Shown: piece after piece, positions 39,782 to 49,886 of the stretch
Layout: the number at the start of each line of letters is the position of its first letter
Position numbering within the stretch: position 1 is the first letter of the stretch
Assembly: GCA_016869645.1 (NCBI GenBank)
Contig: VGDO01000003.1
Coordinates: forward strand, 14,875-78,874
Reading direction: 5' to 3'
DNA from: Alphaproteobacteria bacterium
Lineage (GTDB): Bacteria > Pseudomonadota > Alphaproteobacteria > SHVW01
Length of the DNA: 64,000 nt
The notes under the pieces: generated by a model
What the model was told of the DNA's origin: nothing
Databases searched by the model: none
The model's input: the letters and a program-made list of their open reading frames with translations, nothing else
Translations under genes and position numbers: made by a program

Positions 39782-40801
39782 ATGACGGAAATCGCATCCT
39801 CGATCACGACCGACATCGATTTCGAGAGTGCGGGCAAGCAGGTCGGCTATCTCAAGGTTCCGCACGGCCGGGACGATTCGGCGCTCGGTACGCTGCTGGT
39901 TCCGGTCACGGTCGTGCGCAATGCCGAGGGGCCGACGCTCCTGCTTGCCGCCGGGAGTCACGGCGATGAGTACGAGGGCCCGGTCGCGCTCATGAAGCTG
40001 GCGCGCGACTTGCGGCCGGAGGCGGTCAAGGGCTGCGTCATCATCCTGCCCGCGCTCAACCTGCCGGCACTGCAGTCCGGCCACCGCCATTCGCCGATCG
40101 ACGGCAAGGCGATCAGCGCCTGTTTTCCCGGCTCGCGCCAGGGCACGATCACCGAGGCAATCGCCCATTTCGTGCGCGACGAATTGGTCGACCGTGCCGA
40201 TGTCGTGCTCGACCTGCAATCCGGCGGCCGGTCGATGATCTATCTGCCCAATGTCGCGGTACCGCGCCAGGAAGACCGCGAGCAGATGGCGCGCGCCTTG
40301 AGCGCCGCCCGCGCCTTCGGCGCGCCGGTCGGCCTGGTGCGTGGCGATCTCGATCGCGAGGGCACGCTCGCCGCCATCGTCGGCGCCGGCAACAAGCTCT
40401 ACATCACCACCGGCCTCGGCGGGGGCGGCATGGTCTCGCCCGATACGGTGACCATCGCGGAGACCGGGATCGGCAATCTGCTCAAGCACTTCGGCGTCAT
40501 CGAAGGCGACATCGTGCCGCCGCGCGCCCAGGGCCGCAGCGACACGAGGCTCATGCAAATGACCGACGCTGAAAGCCTGGCGCTGGCGCACGATGCGGGG
40601 ATCTACGAGCCCTTCGTGGAAATCGGCGACGCGATCGAGGCCAGCCAGCCGCTCGGCCAGATCCATTTCGTCGAGGACCTCGACCGCCGGCCGCGCCAGC
40701 TGCTGGCCTGGCGCGCCGGGCTGCTGATCGCCCGGCGCGTGCCGGGCCGGGTCGAGCGGGGCGACTGCGTCGCCATCATCGCTGAAGCATATCCCGAGTA
40801 G
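39782..40801 (+). CDS. AstE/AspA-family (succinylglutamate desuccinylase/aspartoacylase) zinc deacylase
   Basis: 339 aa with the ..AAGSHGDEYEG.. zinc-site motif of the family. Confidence 0.7.
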   Translation: MTEIASSITTDIDFESAGKQVGYLKVPHGRDDSALGTLLVPVTVVRNAEGPTLLLAAGSHGDEYEGPVALMKLARDLRPEAVKGCVIILPALNLPALQSGHRHSPIDGKAISACFPGSRQGTITEAIAHFVRDELVDRADVVLDLQSGGRSMIYLPNVAVPRQEDREQMARALSAARAFGAPVGLVRGDLDREGTLAAIVGAGNKLYITTGLGGGGMVSPDTVTIAETGIGNLLKHFGVIEGDIVPPRAQGRSDTRLMQMTDAESLALAHDAGIYEPFVEIGDAIEASQPLGQIHFVEDLDRRPRQLLAWRAGLLIARRVPGRVERGDCVAIIAEAYPE

Positions 40802-40963
40802 CTGGAAAAGCCTTGCACGATCCGGAAAAACCGGGCGAGATATGGTCACAAATGGAGAATACTGGATACCACGGTCTTGTTCGCCCGCCACGACGGGTTA
40901 AGCTGGGCCTCGGGTACTTGAGCCGTCTCAACCAATTCATCACACCACGGGAGGAGATCCACA

Positions 40964-42118
40964 ATGACCAAGACCGATAAGTCTGCGGCCGCGATGCCGA
41001 GCCGCCGGCGATTCCTGAAGGCCGCGGGCGCGGTCGCGGCGGGCGCGAGCGCCTTGGCGGCGCCGCGCATCGCGACCGCTCAAGCGACGCCGATCACCAT
41101 GCGCTGGCAAAGCACCTGGCCGGCGAAGGATATCTTCCACGAATATGCCGGCGACTTCGCCAAGAAGGTCAATGACATGACCGGCGGCGAGCTGCGCATC
41201 GAAGTGCTGCCGGCCGGTGCCGTGGTGCCTGCCTTCGGTCTGCTCGACGCGGTCTCGTCCGGCACGCTCGATGGCGGCCATGGCGTGCTCGTTTACCACT
41301 ACGGCAAGCAGAATGCGCTGGCGCTGTGGGGCTCGGGCCCGGGCTTCGGCATGGATGCCCAGCAGCTCATGGCTTGGCACAAGTACGGCGGCGGCAAGGA
41401 GCTGCTCCAGAAGCTCTACGCATCGATCAACGCCAACGTCGTATCCTTCCCCTACGGGCCGATGTGGACGCAGCCGCTCGGCTGGTTCAAGAAGCCGGTC
41501 CAGAAGGCCGAGGATCTCAAGGGCCTGAAGTTCCGCACCGTCGGCCTGTCGATTGACGTGTTCACCGGCATGGGCCTCGCGGTCAATGCGCTGCCCGGCG
41601 GCGAAATCGTTCCGGCCATGGATCGCGGCCTGCTCGACGCGGCCGAGTTCAACAATGCGACGTCCGACCGCATCCTTGGCTTCCCGGATGTGTCGAAGGT
41701 CTGCATGCTGCAGAGCTACCACCAGAACGCCGAGCAGTTCGAGATCATGTTCAATAAGACGAAGTTCGACGCTCTGCCGGCCAAGATGCGTGCGATCATC
41801 GAAAACGGCGTCGAAGCCGCCTCGCAGGACCTGGTTTGGAAGTCGATACACCGGTACTCGCAGGACTACATTGAGATGCAGACCAAGGATAAGGTCCGCT
41901 TCTATAAGACGCCCAATTCGATCCTCCAGGCCCAGCTCGTGGCTTATGACGCCGCGGCCGCCAAGAAGGGCGAAGGCAATGCCCTCTTCAAGGAGATCGA
42001 GGCTTCGCAGCGCGCCTTTGCCGAGCGCGCCGTGAAGTGGGATCTCGACACCAACGTCCGTCGCGAGATGGCGTACAACCACTACTTCGGCAAGAAGCCG
42101 GCGCCCAAGAAGGGCTGA
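40964..42118 (+). CDS. TRAP transporter substrate-binding protein (DctP-type) with Tat signal
   Basis: 384 aa, SRRRFLKAAG twin-arginine motif, GGGAGGAG RBS. Confidence 0.8.
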   Translation: MTKTDKSAAAMPSRRRFLKAAGAVAAGASALAAPRIATAQATPITMRWQSTWPAKDIFHEYAGDFAKKVNDMTGGELRIEVLPAGAVVPAFGLLDAVSSGTLDGGHGVLVYHYGKQNALALWGSGPGFGMDAQQLMAWHKYGGGKELLQKLYASINANVVSFPYGPMWTQPLGWFKKPVQKAEDLKGLKFRTVGLSIDVFTGMGLAVNALPGGEIVPAMDRGLLDAAEFNNATSDRILGFPDVSKVCMLQSYHQNAEQFEIMFNKTKFDALPAKMRAIIENGVEAASQDLVWKSIHRYSQDYIEMQTKDKVRFYKTPNSILQAQLVAYDAAAAKKGEGNALFKEIEASQRAFAERAVKWDLDTNVRREMAYNHYFGKKPAPKKG

Positions 42119-42130
42119 CCCCAAAGTGCG

Positions 42131-42178
42131 GCGAGACACCATTCCCCTAGCGGGATGGTGTCTCGCTTTTTCTTGACG
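42131..42178 (+). terminator. Rho-independent terminator/attenuator between the TRAP binding-protein and permease genes
   Basis: GCGAGACACCAT...ATGGTGTCTCGC stem of at least 12 bp, followed by TTTTTCTT. Confidence 0.7.
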
Positions 42179-42207
42179 GCCGCACGCCGCTCCTCCATTC
42201 CCTATCC

Positions 42208-42900
42208 ATGACCGTCCAACGCTTTCTTCTCGCCACTGACCGCATCAGCGCATGGTCCGGCAAAGCCTTTGCTTGGCTCATCGTCGCGCTCGCGCTCGTC
42301 GTCGGCATCGAAGTCTTCAAGCGCTACATTCTGAACGCGCCGACGGCCTGGATCTTCGACCTCAACAGCATGCTCTACGGCACGCTGTTCATGATGTGCG
42401 GTGCCTACGCACTGGCACAGAATGCCCATGTGCGCGGCGATTTTCTCTATGGCTCCATGAAGCCGCGCGTGCAGGCAGCGCTCGATCTCACGCTCTATAT
42501 CCTTTTCTTTGTCCCTGGCATTCTGGCCCTTGCATATGCCGGCTACGGCTTTGCCGAGCTGTCCTGGCGCATTAACGAGCACTCGAACGTCACGGCGGAC
42601 GGCCCGCCGGTCTACCACTTCAAGACGTTCATTCCGATCGCCGGCGTCCTGGTGATGCTTCAGGGCCTGACCGAGATCGCCCGATGCGTGGTCTGCCTAC
42701 GCACCGGCGAATGGCCTGCCAGGCTGAAGGACGTCGAAGAGATCGATGTGGTGGGTACACAACTTTCGCAAAGCGAGTTCGTGGACGAGGAGTCGCGTCG
42801 GGTCGCGGAGCACGCCCAGGACATCCAGGATGCCGCCAAGCATCGCGGTTTGGGGGAAAGTGGCGCGTCACCAGAGACGCGCGACGGAGGCAGGAATTGA
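42208..42900 (+). CDS. TRAP transporter small permease (DctQ-type)
   Basis: 230 aa with about 4 TM segments and a hydrophilic C-terminal tail. Confidence 0.7.
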   Translation: MTVQRFLLATDRISAWSGKAFAWLIVALALVVGIEVFKRYILNAPTAWIFDLNSMLYGTLFMMCGAYALAQNAHVRGDFLYGSMKPRVQAALDLTLYILFFVPGILALAYAGYGFAELSWRINEHSNVTADGPPVYHFKTFIPIAGVLVMLQGLTEIARCVVCLRTGEWPARLKDVEEIDVVGTQLSQSEFVDEESRRVAEHAQDIQDAAKHRGLGESGASPETRDGGRN

Positions 42901-44894
42901 GCGACCCGATCCTTGGCCTGACGATGCTCGGGCTGATCGTCATTGCAATCATGATGGGATTCCCGACCGCCTTCACGCTGATGGGCATGGGCATGCTCTT
43001 CGGTGCGCTGGCATTCTTCGATCCGGCGCAGCACTGGTGGGAGAACAAGATTTTCGACCTCATGGTGCAGCGCACTTACGGGGCGATGAACAACGACACG
43101 CTCATTTCGATCCCGCTGTTCGTGTTCATGGGATACCTGATCGAACGTGCCGCGCTGGTCGACAAGATGTTTCACAGCGTTCAGCTCGCGTTCCGGCGTC
43201 TGCCCGCCTCGCTGGCAGTGACGACGCTGATCGTCTGCGCCTTCTGGGGCATGGCGTCGGGAATCGTCGGAGCCGTCGTCGTATTGATGGGCGTCATTGC
43301 CCTTCGCCCGATGCTCAACGCCGGCTACGACGTCAGGCTCGCGTCCGGCGCCATCACGGCGGGAGGCACGCTCGGCATCCTGATCCCGCCTTCGGTCATG
43401 CTGATCGTCTATGCCGCGGTTGCCGGCCAGTCGATCGTCAAGCTCTACGCTGCCGCAATGCTCCCCGGCTTTTTTCTCGCTTCGCTCTATGTCATCTACA
43501 TCATCTGTCGCGCGCTCATCAACCCGCAGCTCGCGCCGAAGCTGTCGGCGGACCAGTATCGCGTGCCGGTCCCCGACTGGCTTGCGCGCTTGGAGCGCGG
43601 GGAATCCAAGCGCGTCTTCGGCGCATTGCTCCTAGCCGTGCTGCGCCCCGGCGTACTTGCCGGGGCGACGACCCCGGCCGGCCGGCCGGTGAGCTTTGGG
43701 TTTATTTTTCGTAACTTCGCCGCCGCCAGCGTGCCCCTCGTGTTGGTGCTGTCCCTGTTCTGCCTGACTTGGTGGTTCGTCCTGGTCCGCAATGCACCTG
43801 ACGCGATGCTTCCGCCGGAAGTATCGGTCGAGCAGACCGAAACGTTGCAGGCGCCAGCCGAAGATGAGGAGGTCAAGGAGCTCGGTGCCGGCGAGCAGGA
43901 GATGGAGGAGCAGCAAACGACCCGCAGCGGTCCCTTGGGCGACGTCGCACCCCGAACGGTCGAGGAAGGTGCCCCAGAAGGATTCTACGAGCGCTTCTGG
44001 ACTGCCGCCGCCTTCATGGCCGCGCTCTTGCTCTTCTACTACTGGCGAATGGACGGCGAGCAGCTTGAGATTCTGAAAATGCTGACGTCGTCGGTTGTCC
44101 CGCTCGCCGTCCTGACGCTTTCGGTGCTCGGCGCGATTCTGTTCGGCATCACCACGGCCACCGAGTCCGCCGGTATCGGCTCGATCGGCGCCATGTATCT
44201 TGCGGCACTTCAAAAATATCAGCGGCTGACGCTGTGGTCCGCCCTGATCGGAGCGATCGTGGGCGCGTCGCTCGGTTCGATCCAAGGCGAAACGATGACC
44301 ATCATCATCTCCGGCGTGCTCGGCGGATTGTTCACAGGCACGGCCGTCGCCTGGGGACGCGACCTCGCCACCTCGCGACGCCTGTTCGCCACCATGAAAG
44401 AGTCGGTCTTCCTGACGGCCAAGACGACGGCCATGGTGTGCTGGCTGTTCGTCGGCTCAGCGCTGTTTTCCGCCGTGTTTGCGCTGCACGGCGGTCAGCA
44501 GGTGATCGAACAATGGGTACTTGGCCTCAATTTGACGCCCCTGCAGTTCATGCTCGTGGCGCAATTGATCATCTTCATTCTCGGCTGGCCGCTCGAGTGG
44601 ACCGAGATCATCGTTATCTTCGTACCGATCTTCATTCCGCTCTTGTCGCACTTCGGCATCGATCCGGTGCTGTTCGGAGCGATGGTCGCGGTCAATCTTC
44701 AGGCTGCCTTCCTGTCGCCCCCGGTCGCCATGTCAGCGTTCTACCTGAAGGGCGTTGCGCCCAAGCACGTCACGCTCAACCAGATCTTTGCAGGCATGAT
44801 GCCGTACATGCTCATCGTCGTCCTGTGCCTCGTCATCATGTATGCGTGGCCGGGCATGACGCTGATGCTGCCCGATTTCCTCTACGGCAGGTAG
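42897..44894 (+). CDS. TRAP transporter large permease (DctM-type) carrying a ~200-aa internal insertion
   Basis: TTG 42897 overlaps the dctQ stop behind GGAGG (alternative ATG 42924). DctM-like halves are separated by extra TM segments and an acidic linker (..EVSVEQTETLQAPAEDEEVKELGAGEQEMEEQQ..). Confidence 0.75.
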   Translation: MSDPILGLTMLGLIVIAIMMGFPTAFTLMGMGMLFGALAFFDPAQHWWENKIFDLMVQRTYGAMNNDTLISIPLFVFMGYLIERAALVDKMFHSVQLAFRRLPASLAVTTLIVCAFWGMASGIVGAVVVLMGVIALRPMLNAGYDVRLASGAITAGGTLGILIPPSVMLIVYAAVAGQSIVKLYAAAMLPGFFLASLYVIYIICRALINPQLAPKLSADQYRVPVPDWLARLERGESKRVFGALLLAVLRPGVLAGATTPAGRPVSFGFIFRNFAAASVPLVLVLSLFCLTWWFVLVRNAPDAMLPPEVSVEQTETLQAPAEDEEVKELGAGEQEMEEQQTTRSGPLGDVAPRTVEEGAPEGFYERFWTAAAFMAALLLFYYWRMDGEQLEILKMLTSSVVPLAVLTLSVLGAILFGITTATESAGIGSIGAMYLAALQKYQRLTLWSALIGAIVGASLGSIQGETMTIIISGVLGGLFTGTAVAWGRDLATSRRLFATMKESVFLTAKTTAMVCWLFVGSALFSAVFALHGGQQVIEQWVLGLNLTPLQFMLVAQLIIFILGWPLEWTEIIVIFVPIFIPLLSHFGIDPVLFGAMVAVNLQAAFLSPPVAMSAFYLKGVAPKHVTLNQIFAGMMPYMLIVVLCLVIMYAWPGMTLMLPDFLYGR

Positions 44895-44912
44895 GCACCG
44901 ACCGAAAACCCG

Positions 44913-44940
44913 AAGGGGCGGTCTTGCGACCGCCCCTTCT
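44913..44940. terminator. bidirectional stem-loop terminator between convergent dctM and binding-protein genes
   Basis: Perfect 12-bp stem GAAGGGGCGGTC-ttgc-GACCGCCCCTTC. The U-run (GGGUUUUCGG) lies on the minus-strand transcript. Confidence 0.6.
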
Positions 44941-44969
44941 CGATTCCGTGCTCGCCTGCGACCCAGGGT

Positions 44970-46115
44970 TCAGCCGCGCGCCATGACGCGCTGGTACTGG
45001 CGCTGCCAATTGTCGGCGTTCTTGCTCCAGTAGAGCGGGTCGAGCGTGTCGTAGCCTGCCAGCGTGCCGGTCGGATCGAAGCCGGGAATGGCCGCGGCCT
45101 CCTGCGGCACCGGATGCTTCTTCGGATCGAGCAGCGGCGCATTGCCGACCTCGATCGACAGCGGGATCGCCACCTCGGGCCGCAGCAGGATGTCGGCCAT
45201 CTCGTAGTAGGCGTCCATCGGCGTGCCTTTGAGCGGCATCAGCGTGGCGAAGGTGACGTAGGTGCCCCTCTGCGGCCAGCCTTCGACGGGCACGCCCTGC
45301 TTCTTCAGGTTGTAGATGCGCACGAACCAGGCGTCGCCGAGAATGACGCTGCCGCTCGAGAAGAGCTGCATCTGCTCGGCGCCCGAGGCGAAGTATTTGA
45401 GGACGAGGCGCCGGCTCTCGCGGATCTTCTCCCAGACGGCTTCCATATCCTTGATGTTGTTCGGGTCCTGCTTGGTCTGCACGGCCGCGTACCAGATCCG
45501 GCGGATCCAGTAGTCCTCGCCGGTCATCTGGCCCTTGTATTTCGGCTCGAGCAGGATGTTGAAGCCCTTGGCCTCGACCTCGGCCTTGTCGACCTTCTCC
45601 TTGTTGTAGCCGAGCCAGACGCCCGAGATGCCGGTCGGCACGCCGGGAAGCTTGCCGTTGAAGATCTTGCGGTAGGAGTTGAGCGCCATCGGCACGACGT
45701 CGCCGAGGCGCGGGATCTTCTTTTCATCGAGCTCGACCGCGAATCCCGCCTCGATGAAGCGCAACGCCGTGCTCTCGTCGGCGCAGGAGAACACGTTGTA
45801 GGCGCCGACGCCTTCGGCGCGGATCTTGGCCAGCAGCTCGTCGGGGTTGCCGAACGATCCCTGGTTGATCGTGACGCCCTTGGCTCTCATCGGCTGGAAC
45901 ACGTGCTTGTCGACTGCCGCCTGGTAGACGCCGCCATAGGAGTCGAAGCGCAATGTCTGCGCGGCGAGCGCCTCGCGCGCCCAGCCGAGCATGCCCGTCA
46001 CAGTGACGCCCGAGGCGATGCCGAGGAGCGCGATGTGGCCGAGAAACGTCCGGCGGTCGATGTCGCCGTTGCCGTAGCGCTCGAGCGCGAGTCGGTAGCG
46101 GGTTTCCATGTCCAT
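44970..46115 (-). CDS. ABC substrate-binding protein, PotD/PotF polyamine-type family, Tat-like signal
   Basis: 381 aa with ..RRTFLGHIALLGIA.. signal. Confidence 0.7.
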   Translation of the reverse strand: MDMETRYRLALERYGNGDIDRRTFLGHIALLGIASGVTVTGMLGWAREALAAQTLRFDSYGGVYQAAVDKHVFQPMRAKGVTINQGSFGNPDELLAKIRAEGVGAYNVFSCADESTALRFIEAGFAVELDEKKIPRLGDVVPMALNSYRKIFNGKLPGVPTGISGVWLGYNKEKVDKAEVEAKGFNILLEPKYKGQMTGEDYWIRRIWYAAVQTKQDPNNIKDMEAVWEKIRESRRLVLKYFASGAEQMQLFSSGSVILGDAWFVRIYNLKKQGVPVEGWPQRGTYVTFATLMPLKGTPMDAYYEMADILLRPEVAIPLSIEVGNAPLLDPKKHPVPQEAAAIPGFDPTGTLAGYDTLDPLYWSKNADNWQRQYQRVMARG

Positions 46116-46281
46116 GACGGCCTCCCTTGTTCGCCGAGTGTTTGTCCGGTTGCACAGTATACTGCGTATCTACTCTAGGAATCGGTCACGCCGAAGTCAA
46201 ACTGACGCCGCAGCACATGCCAATAACTGCGGCGGCGTCTTCTTCGACACCGGACTATCGGCAAGCGCCACAGCGACACGG

Positions 46282-47235
46282 TTAGTTCTGGCTGCCGTCG
46301 AGAGAGATCCGCGGGTCGATGAGCGAGTACAACAGGTCTGTGACCAGGTTCGAAACGATCACCATCACGACGAACACGAGAAAGGCACCCTGCACGACCG
46401 GGAAGTCGCGATTGTTGATGGCGCTCAGCATGAGCTGGCCGAGTCCGGGCCAGGCGAAAATCGCTTCGACGATGATCGTACCCGCGAGCAGGCGCCCGAA
46501 CTGAACGCCGACCACGGTGACGGCCGGGATCAACGCGTTCCGAGCGGCATGGACGAGAATGACCGTTGCGGGCGAGAGGCCCTTACTGTGGGCGGTGCGG
46601 ATGTAGTCGAGCTGGAGAACCTCGGACATGGACGTTCGCACGAACCGGGTCAGAGCCGCGGCAATGTAGAGCGACAGCGTCAGCGCAGGCAGAAAAACCA
46701 GTTGTGCAAACTTCGCCGGCGAATCAATCGGCGAGACATAGCCCCCCGCCGGCAGCCAGTTCAACTCGACCGCGAACAGAAGCACGAAGATGATGCCCAG
46801 CCAGAAGTGCGGAATGGCGATGGCAACCGAGGTTCCGGCCGTCACGATGTGATCAAACACGCTGCCGCGCCGGATCGCTGCGACGATGCCCAGCGGGAAG
46901 GCCATAATCATCGCAAAGAGGATCGCGACCCCCGCCAGCGCGAAGGTGGCGGGAATCCGCTGCGCCAGCAGGTCGTGAACCGTGAAGCTCGACATGACGG
47001 AGCGTCCGACGTTGCCGTTGAGGATGCCGACGATCCAATTGACGTATTGCTGCCACAAGGGCTGGTCGAGCCCCAAGCGATGACGCATCGCCTCGATCGA
47101 CTCGGTCGTGGCCTCCACGCCGAGCAGCATGAGAACGGGGTCGCCTTCTGCCAGGTGAATGATGAGAAACACGGGAATGGACGCCATGAACATGACCGGA
47201 AGAATTTGAAGCAGCCGGCCGACCAGGTATCGCAT
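46282..47235 (-). CDS. ABC transporter permease (DppB/OppB-like)
   Basis: ORF 46282..47775 trimmed to Met181 (MRYLVGRLLQILP..). Starts 3 nt after the upstream permease stop. Confidence 0.8.
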   Translation of the reverse strand: MRYLVGRLLQILPVMFMASIPVFLIIHLAEGDPVLMLLGVEATTESIEAMRHRLGLDQPLWQQYVNWIVGILNGNVGRSVMSSFTVHDLLAQRIPATFALAGVAILFAMIMAFPLGIVAAIRRGSVFDHIVTAGTSVAIAIPHFWLGIIFVLLFAVELNWLPAGGYVSPIDSPAKFAQLVFLPALTLSLYIAAALTRFVRTSMSEVLQLDYIRTAHSKGLSPATVILVHAARNALIPAVTVVGVQFGRLLAGTIIVEAIFAWPGLGQLMLSAINNRDFPVVQGAFLVFVVMVIVSNLVTDLLYSLIDPRISLDGSQN

Positions 47236-47237
47236 GT

Positions 47238-48086
47238 TCAGCCGACCTTCCGCCGCGCGCGCACCTGGTGACTCTCGGACAGCGCGTCGGACATGAAGCT
47301 GATGAGCATCAGGAAAACCGTCAAGAAGATGCCCGGAAAAATGGCGTACCACTGGGCGCTCGACAGGAAGTTTCGGGAATCCCGGAGCATGATGCCGAGC
47401 GAGGGCTGCGGCGGCTGAGCGCCCAACCCGAGGAAGCTGAGACCGGCTTCGATGATCATGGCGTCGGCCACGGTCAGCGTCACCTGGACCAAGATGATCG
47501 GCAGGATATTGGGTAGTAGGTGGCGCATGACGATGCGGGACGGGCCGGCACCGATCGCGCGCGCCGCCTGCGCATATTCCTTTTCCTGCTCGCCGAGCAC
47601 ACCGGCCCGCGCCAGGCGCGCGATCAGCGGCAGGTTGATGACGGCGGCAGCGATGGCTGCGTTGTACAGACCTTTGCCGAGAAAAACCGCGACCGCCAAT
47701 CCAAGCAGCAGGCCCGGGAACGCCAGGATCGTGTCGAAAATACGACCGAGCACGGCGTCGACCGCACCGCGACAAAAGCCGGCGACCGTGCCGAGCACGG
47801 TCCCCGCCACCCCGGCCATGGCTGCGGCGAGAAAGCCGGTGACCAGTGACAGCTGTGCGCCGTGCAGGCAGCGCGAAAGTATATCGCGGCCGAGGTCGTC
47901 GGTGCCGAACCAGAAGCCCGGCCGAGGCGGCAGCAGCTCTTCGCCACGGAACTGCGCCTCGGGAGCGTAGGGGCTAACGATCGGCGCAAAGAGCACCAGC
48001 ATGCCGAGAACAACGAAGATAACGAAGCTCGTCATGCCCACGGCATGGCGGAAAAACCGCAACGATCTCAACTCAACCAAGATCAT
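47238..48086 (-). CDS. ABC transporter permease (DppC/OppC-like)
   Basis: 282 aa with ..FGTDDLGRDILSR.. motif. Confidence 0.8.
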   Translation of the reverse strand: MILVELRSLRFFRHAVGMTSFVIFVVLGMLVLFAPIVSPYAPEAQFRGEELLPPRPGFWFGTDDLGRDILSRCLHGAQLSLVTGFLAAAMAGVAGTVLGTVAGFCRGAVDAVLGRIFDTILAFPGLLLGLAVAVFLGKGLYNAAIAAAVINLPLIARLARAGVLGEQEKEYAQAARAIGAGPSRIVMRHLLPNILPIILVQVTLTVADAMIIEAGLSFLGLGAQPPQPSLGIMLRDSRNFLSSAQWYAIFPGIFLTVFLMLISFMSDALSESHQVRARRKVG

Positions 48087-48188
48087 CGTCCGCTCGCCGG
48101 CACGTCATTCAGGCGCCGGCACCATCGCCCGCAATCGCCCGCGGCCAAGCCTCCTGCCGCCGGGGGCAGATGCCCGCTCACCCACTGG

Positions 48189-49706
48189 TCACTTGACCGT
48201 GACATCCTCGAGATAGACGAAACCGTCGACCGAGAAGCGGATGTTCTGAAGTTTCTTGTTGTAACCGAACAGGAAAGGCGAGGTCGCGACCGGCATGGTG
48301 TACATGTCGGTACGAATGACCTTGTTGATCTCGTCGAACAGCTGGCGCCGCTTCGTCGTATCGACCGTGCTGGAGGCATCGGCAACGAGTGTGACGAAGC
48401 GAGGATTGTCGTAGCCCGCCGCATTGTCCTTCGCCCGCATCGTGCTGGTCGCGTTCAACATGGTAGCGGGGTCGCGATTGACGCGGCCGGTCAGCGACAT
48501 GATGGCTTCGTACTCCAGGTTGTTGTGCCGCTTGGTATATTCCGCTGTCTCGACGTCCTCCAGCTTGATGTTGATGCCGATCTGCTTGAGGTCGGACTGG
48601 ACGATCTCGGCCAGCTTGGTCATGCCGTAGTACCACTGCGTCGAGGTGTAGACCGTCAGGTTCATGCCGTTGGGGTAGCCCGCTTCAGCCAGCAGCGTCT
48701 TGGCCTTGGCCAGGTCGAAGTCGCAAGTCGCCTCGAGCGCCTTGTCGTAGGCGAAGTTCGACGGAATCCATGGCAGGCAGAGTAGCCGTGCCTTGCCGGC
48801 GAGCGCGATGCGGTTGAAGCGCTGGCGGTCGGTCGCATGAACGAATACTTGGCGCAGCTTGGTATTGCCGGCGAAACGGCCCGACTTCGTGTTGAACATG
48901 ATGTTGTAGAGGATTCCTTCGCTCGCGGTCTCGACCGCGAACCCTGCGCGCTCCAACCGCTGCGCGTCAGGCACATTGACCTGGCCGATCGCGTCGATGG
49001 TCTTGGATTCGAGATTGAGCAGGAGTGCCTGGGGATCCTTGATGATGCGGATTTCCGCCTCGCTCAGCCGCGGCTTGCCCTTGTTCCAATAATTGGCGAA
49101 TGGCTTGAGCACCATCTTGTCGCCCGGCCGGTAGTCGGTCAGCACGAAAGGCCCCGTGCCGATCGGCTGAGTTGCTGATTTGTCGTAGAGGTCGTCGTCG
49201 ATGATCCAGAGCTGGTCGAGCAGGTCATAGAGACCCGGGTTCGGCCCCTTGAACTCGAGCGCGACGGTGAGCGGATCGATCACGGTCACCCGCTCGATGG
49301 TCTGGAACAGCGGCTTGCTGTTGGCGTGAATGTCCTTCGACGTCGCACGCTCCCAGCTGCGCTTGACGTCGTTGGCAGTGAAATCCTTGCCCGAATGGAA
49401 CTTGACGCCCGCGCACAGCTTAAGCGTCTACTTCAATCCGTCGGGCGAAAGCTGCCAGCTTTCCGCCAACTCGGGCTGCGCCTTCTGATCGGGGTCGAGG
49501 CGAACCAGGACGTTATAGAATTGGTTGTAGAGATGGTAGAAGGCTATTGAGAAGAAATACGGCTGAAACGTCGTCGGCTCCTGGGGAATGGCCAGGACGA
49601 CCTTACCGCCCTGCGCCAAAGCGGGAACCGGACCGCCGACCATGGCTGCAGAGGCGCCGACAAGGGCGACTGCCGTCAGGACGAGCCGTCGAATTCTGCG
49701 AAACAT
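48189..49706 (-). pseudogene. family-5 ABC substrate-binding protein gene interrupted by an in-frame TAG at 49428..49430
   Basis: ORFs 49428..49754 (signal peptide MFRRIRRLVLTAVALVGASAAMVGGPVPALA plus N-term) and 48189..49289 (C-term) share one frame. Read-through gives ..SPDGLK*TLKLCAGVKFHSGKDF.., so the stop splits a conserved SBP_bac_5 block. Confidence 0.7.
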
Positions 49707-49886
49707 ATTGCCCTCCCCGAAAATGCCGCCTGCCGACGACCCAGGACTTGCCAACTCGCCTGGCTCATGCGTGCTGCGACGCGATTGTTGAGTAACGATA
49801 GGAACGATCTGTCGAAGGCGTCAAATGGAAACCCCGGCTGCCGCGAAGTATTGCGGCGCAATTTGTGCTTCCATTGCCGCGCGGCG

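Noticed and set aside
38822-40891. Minus-strand ORF 38822..40891 (689 aa)
   Set aside because: It is antisense to the amidase and AstE-like genes and is a GC-frame artefact.
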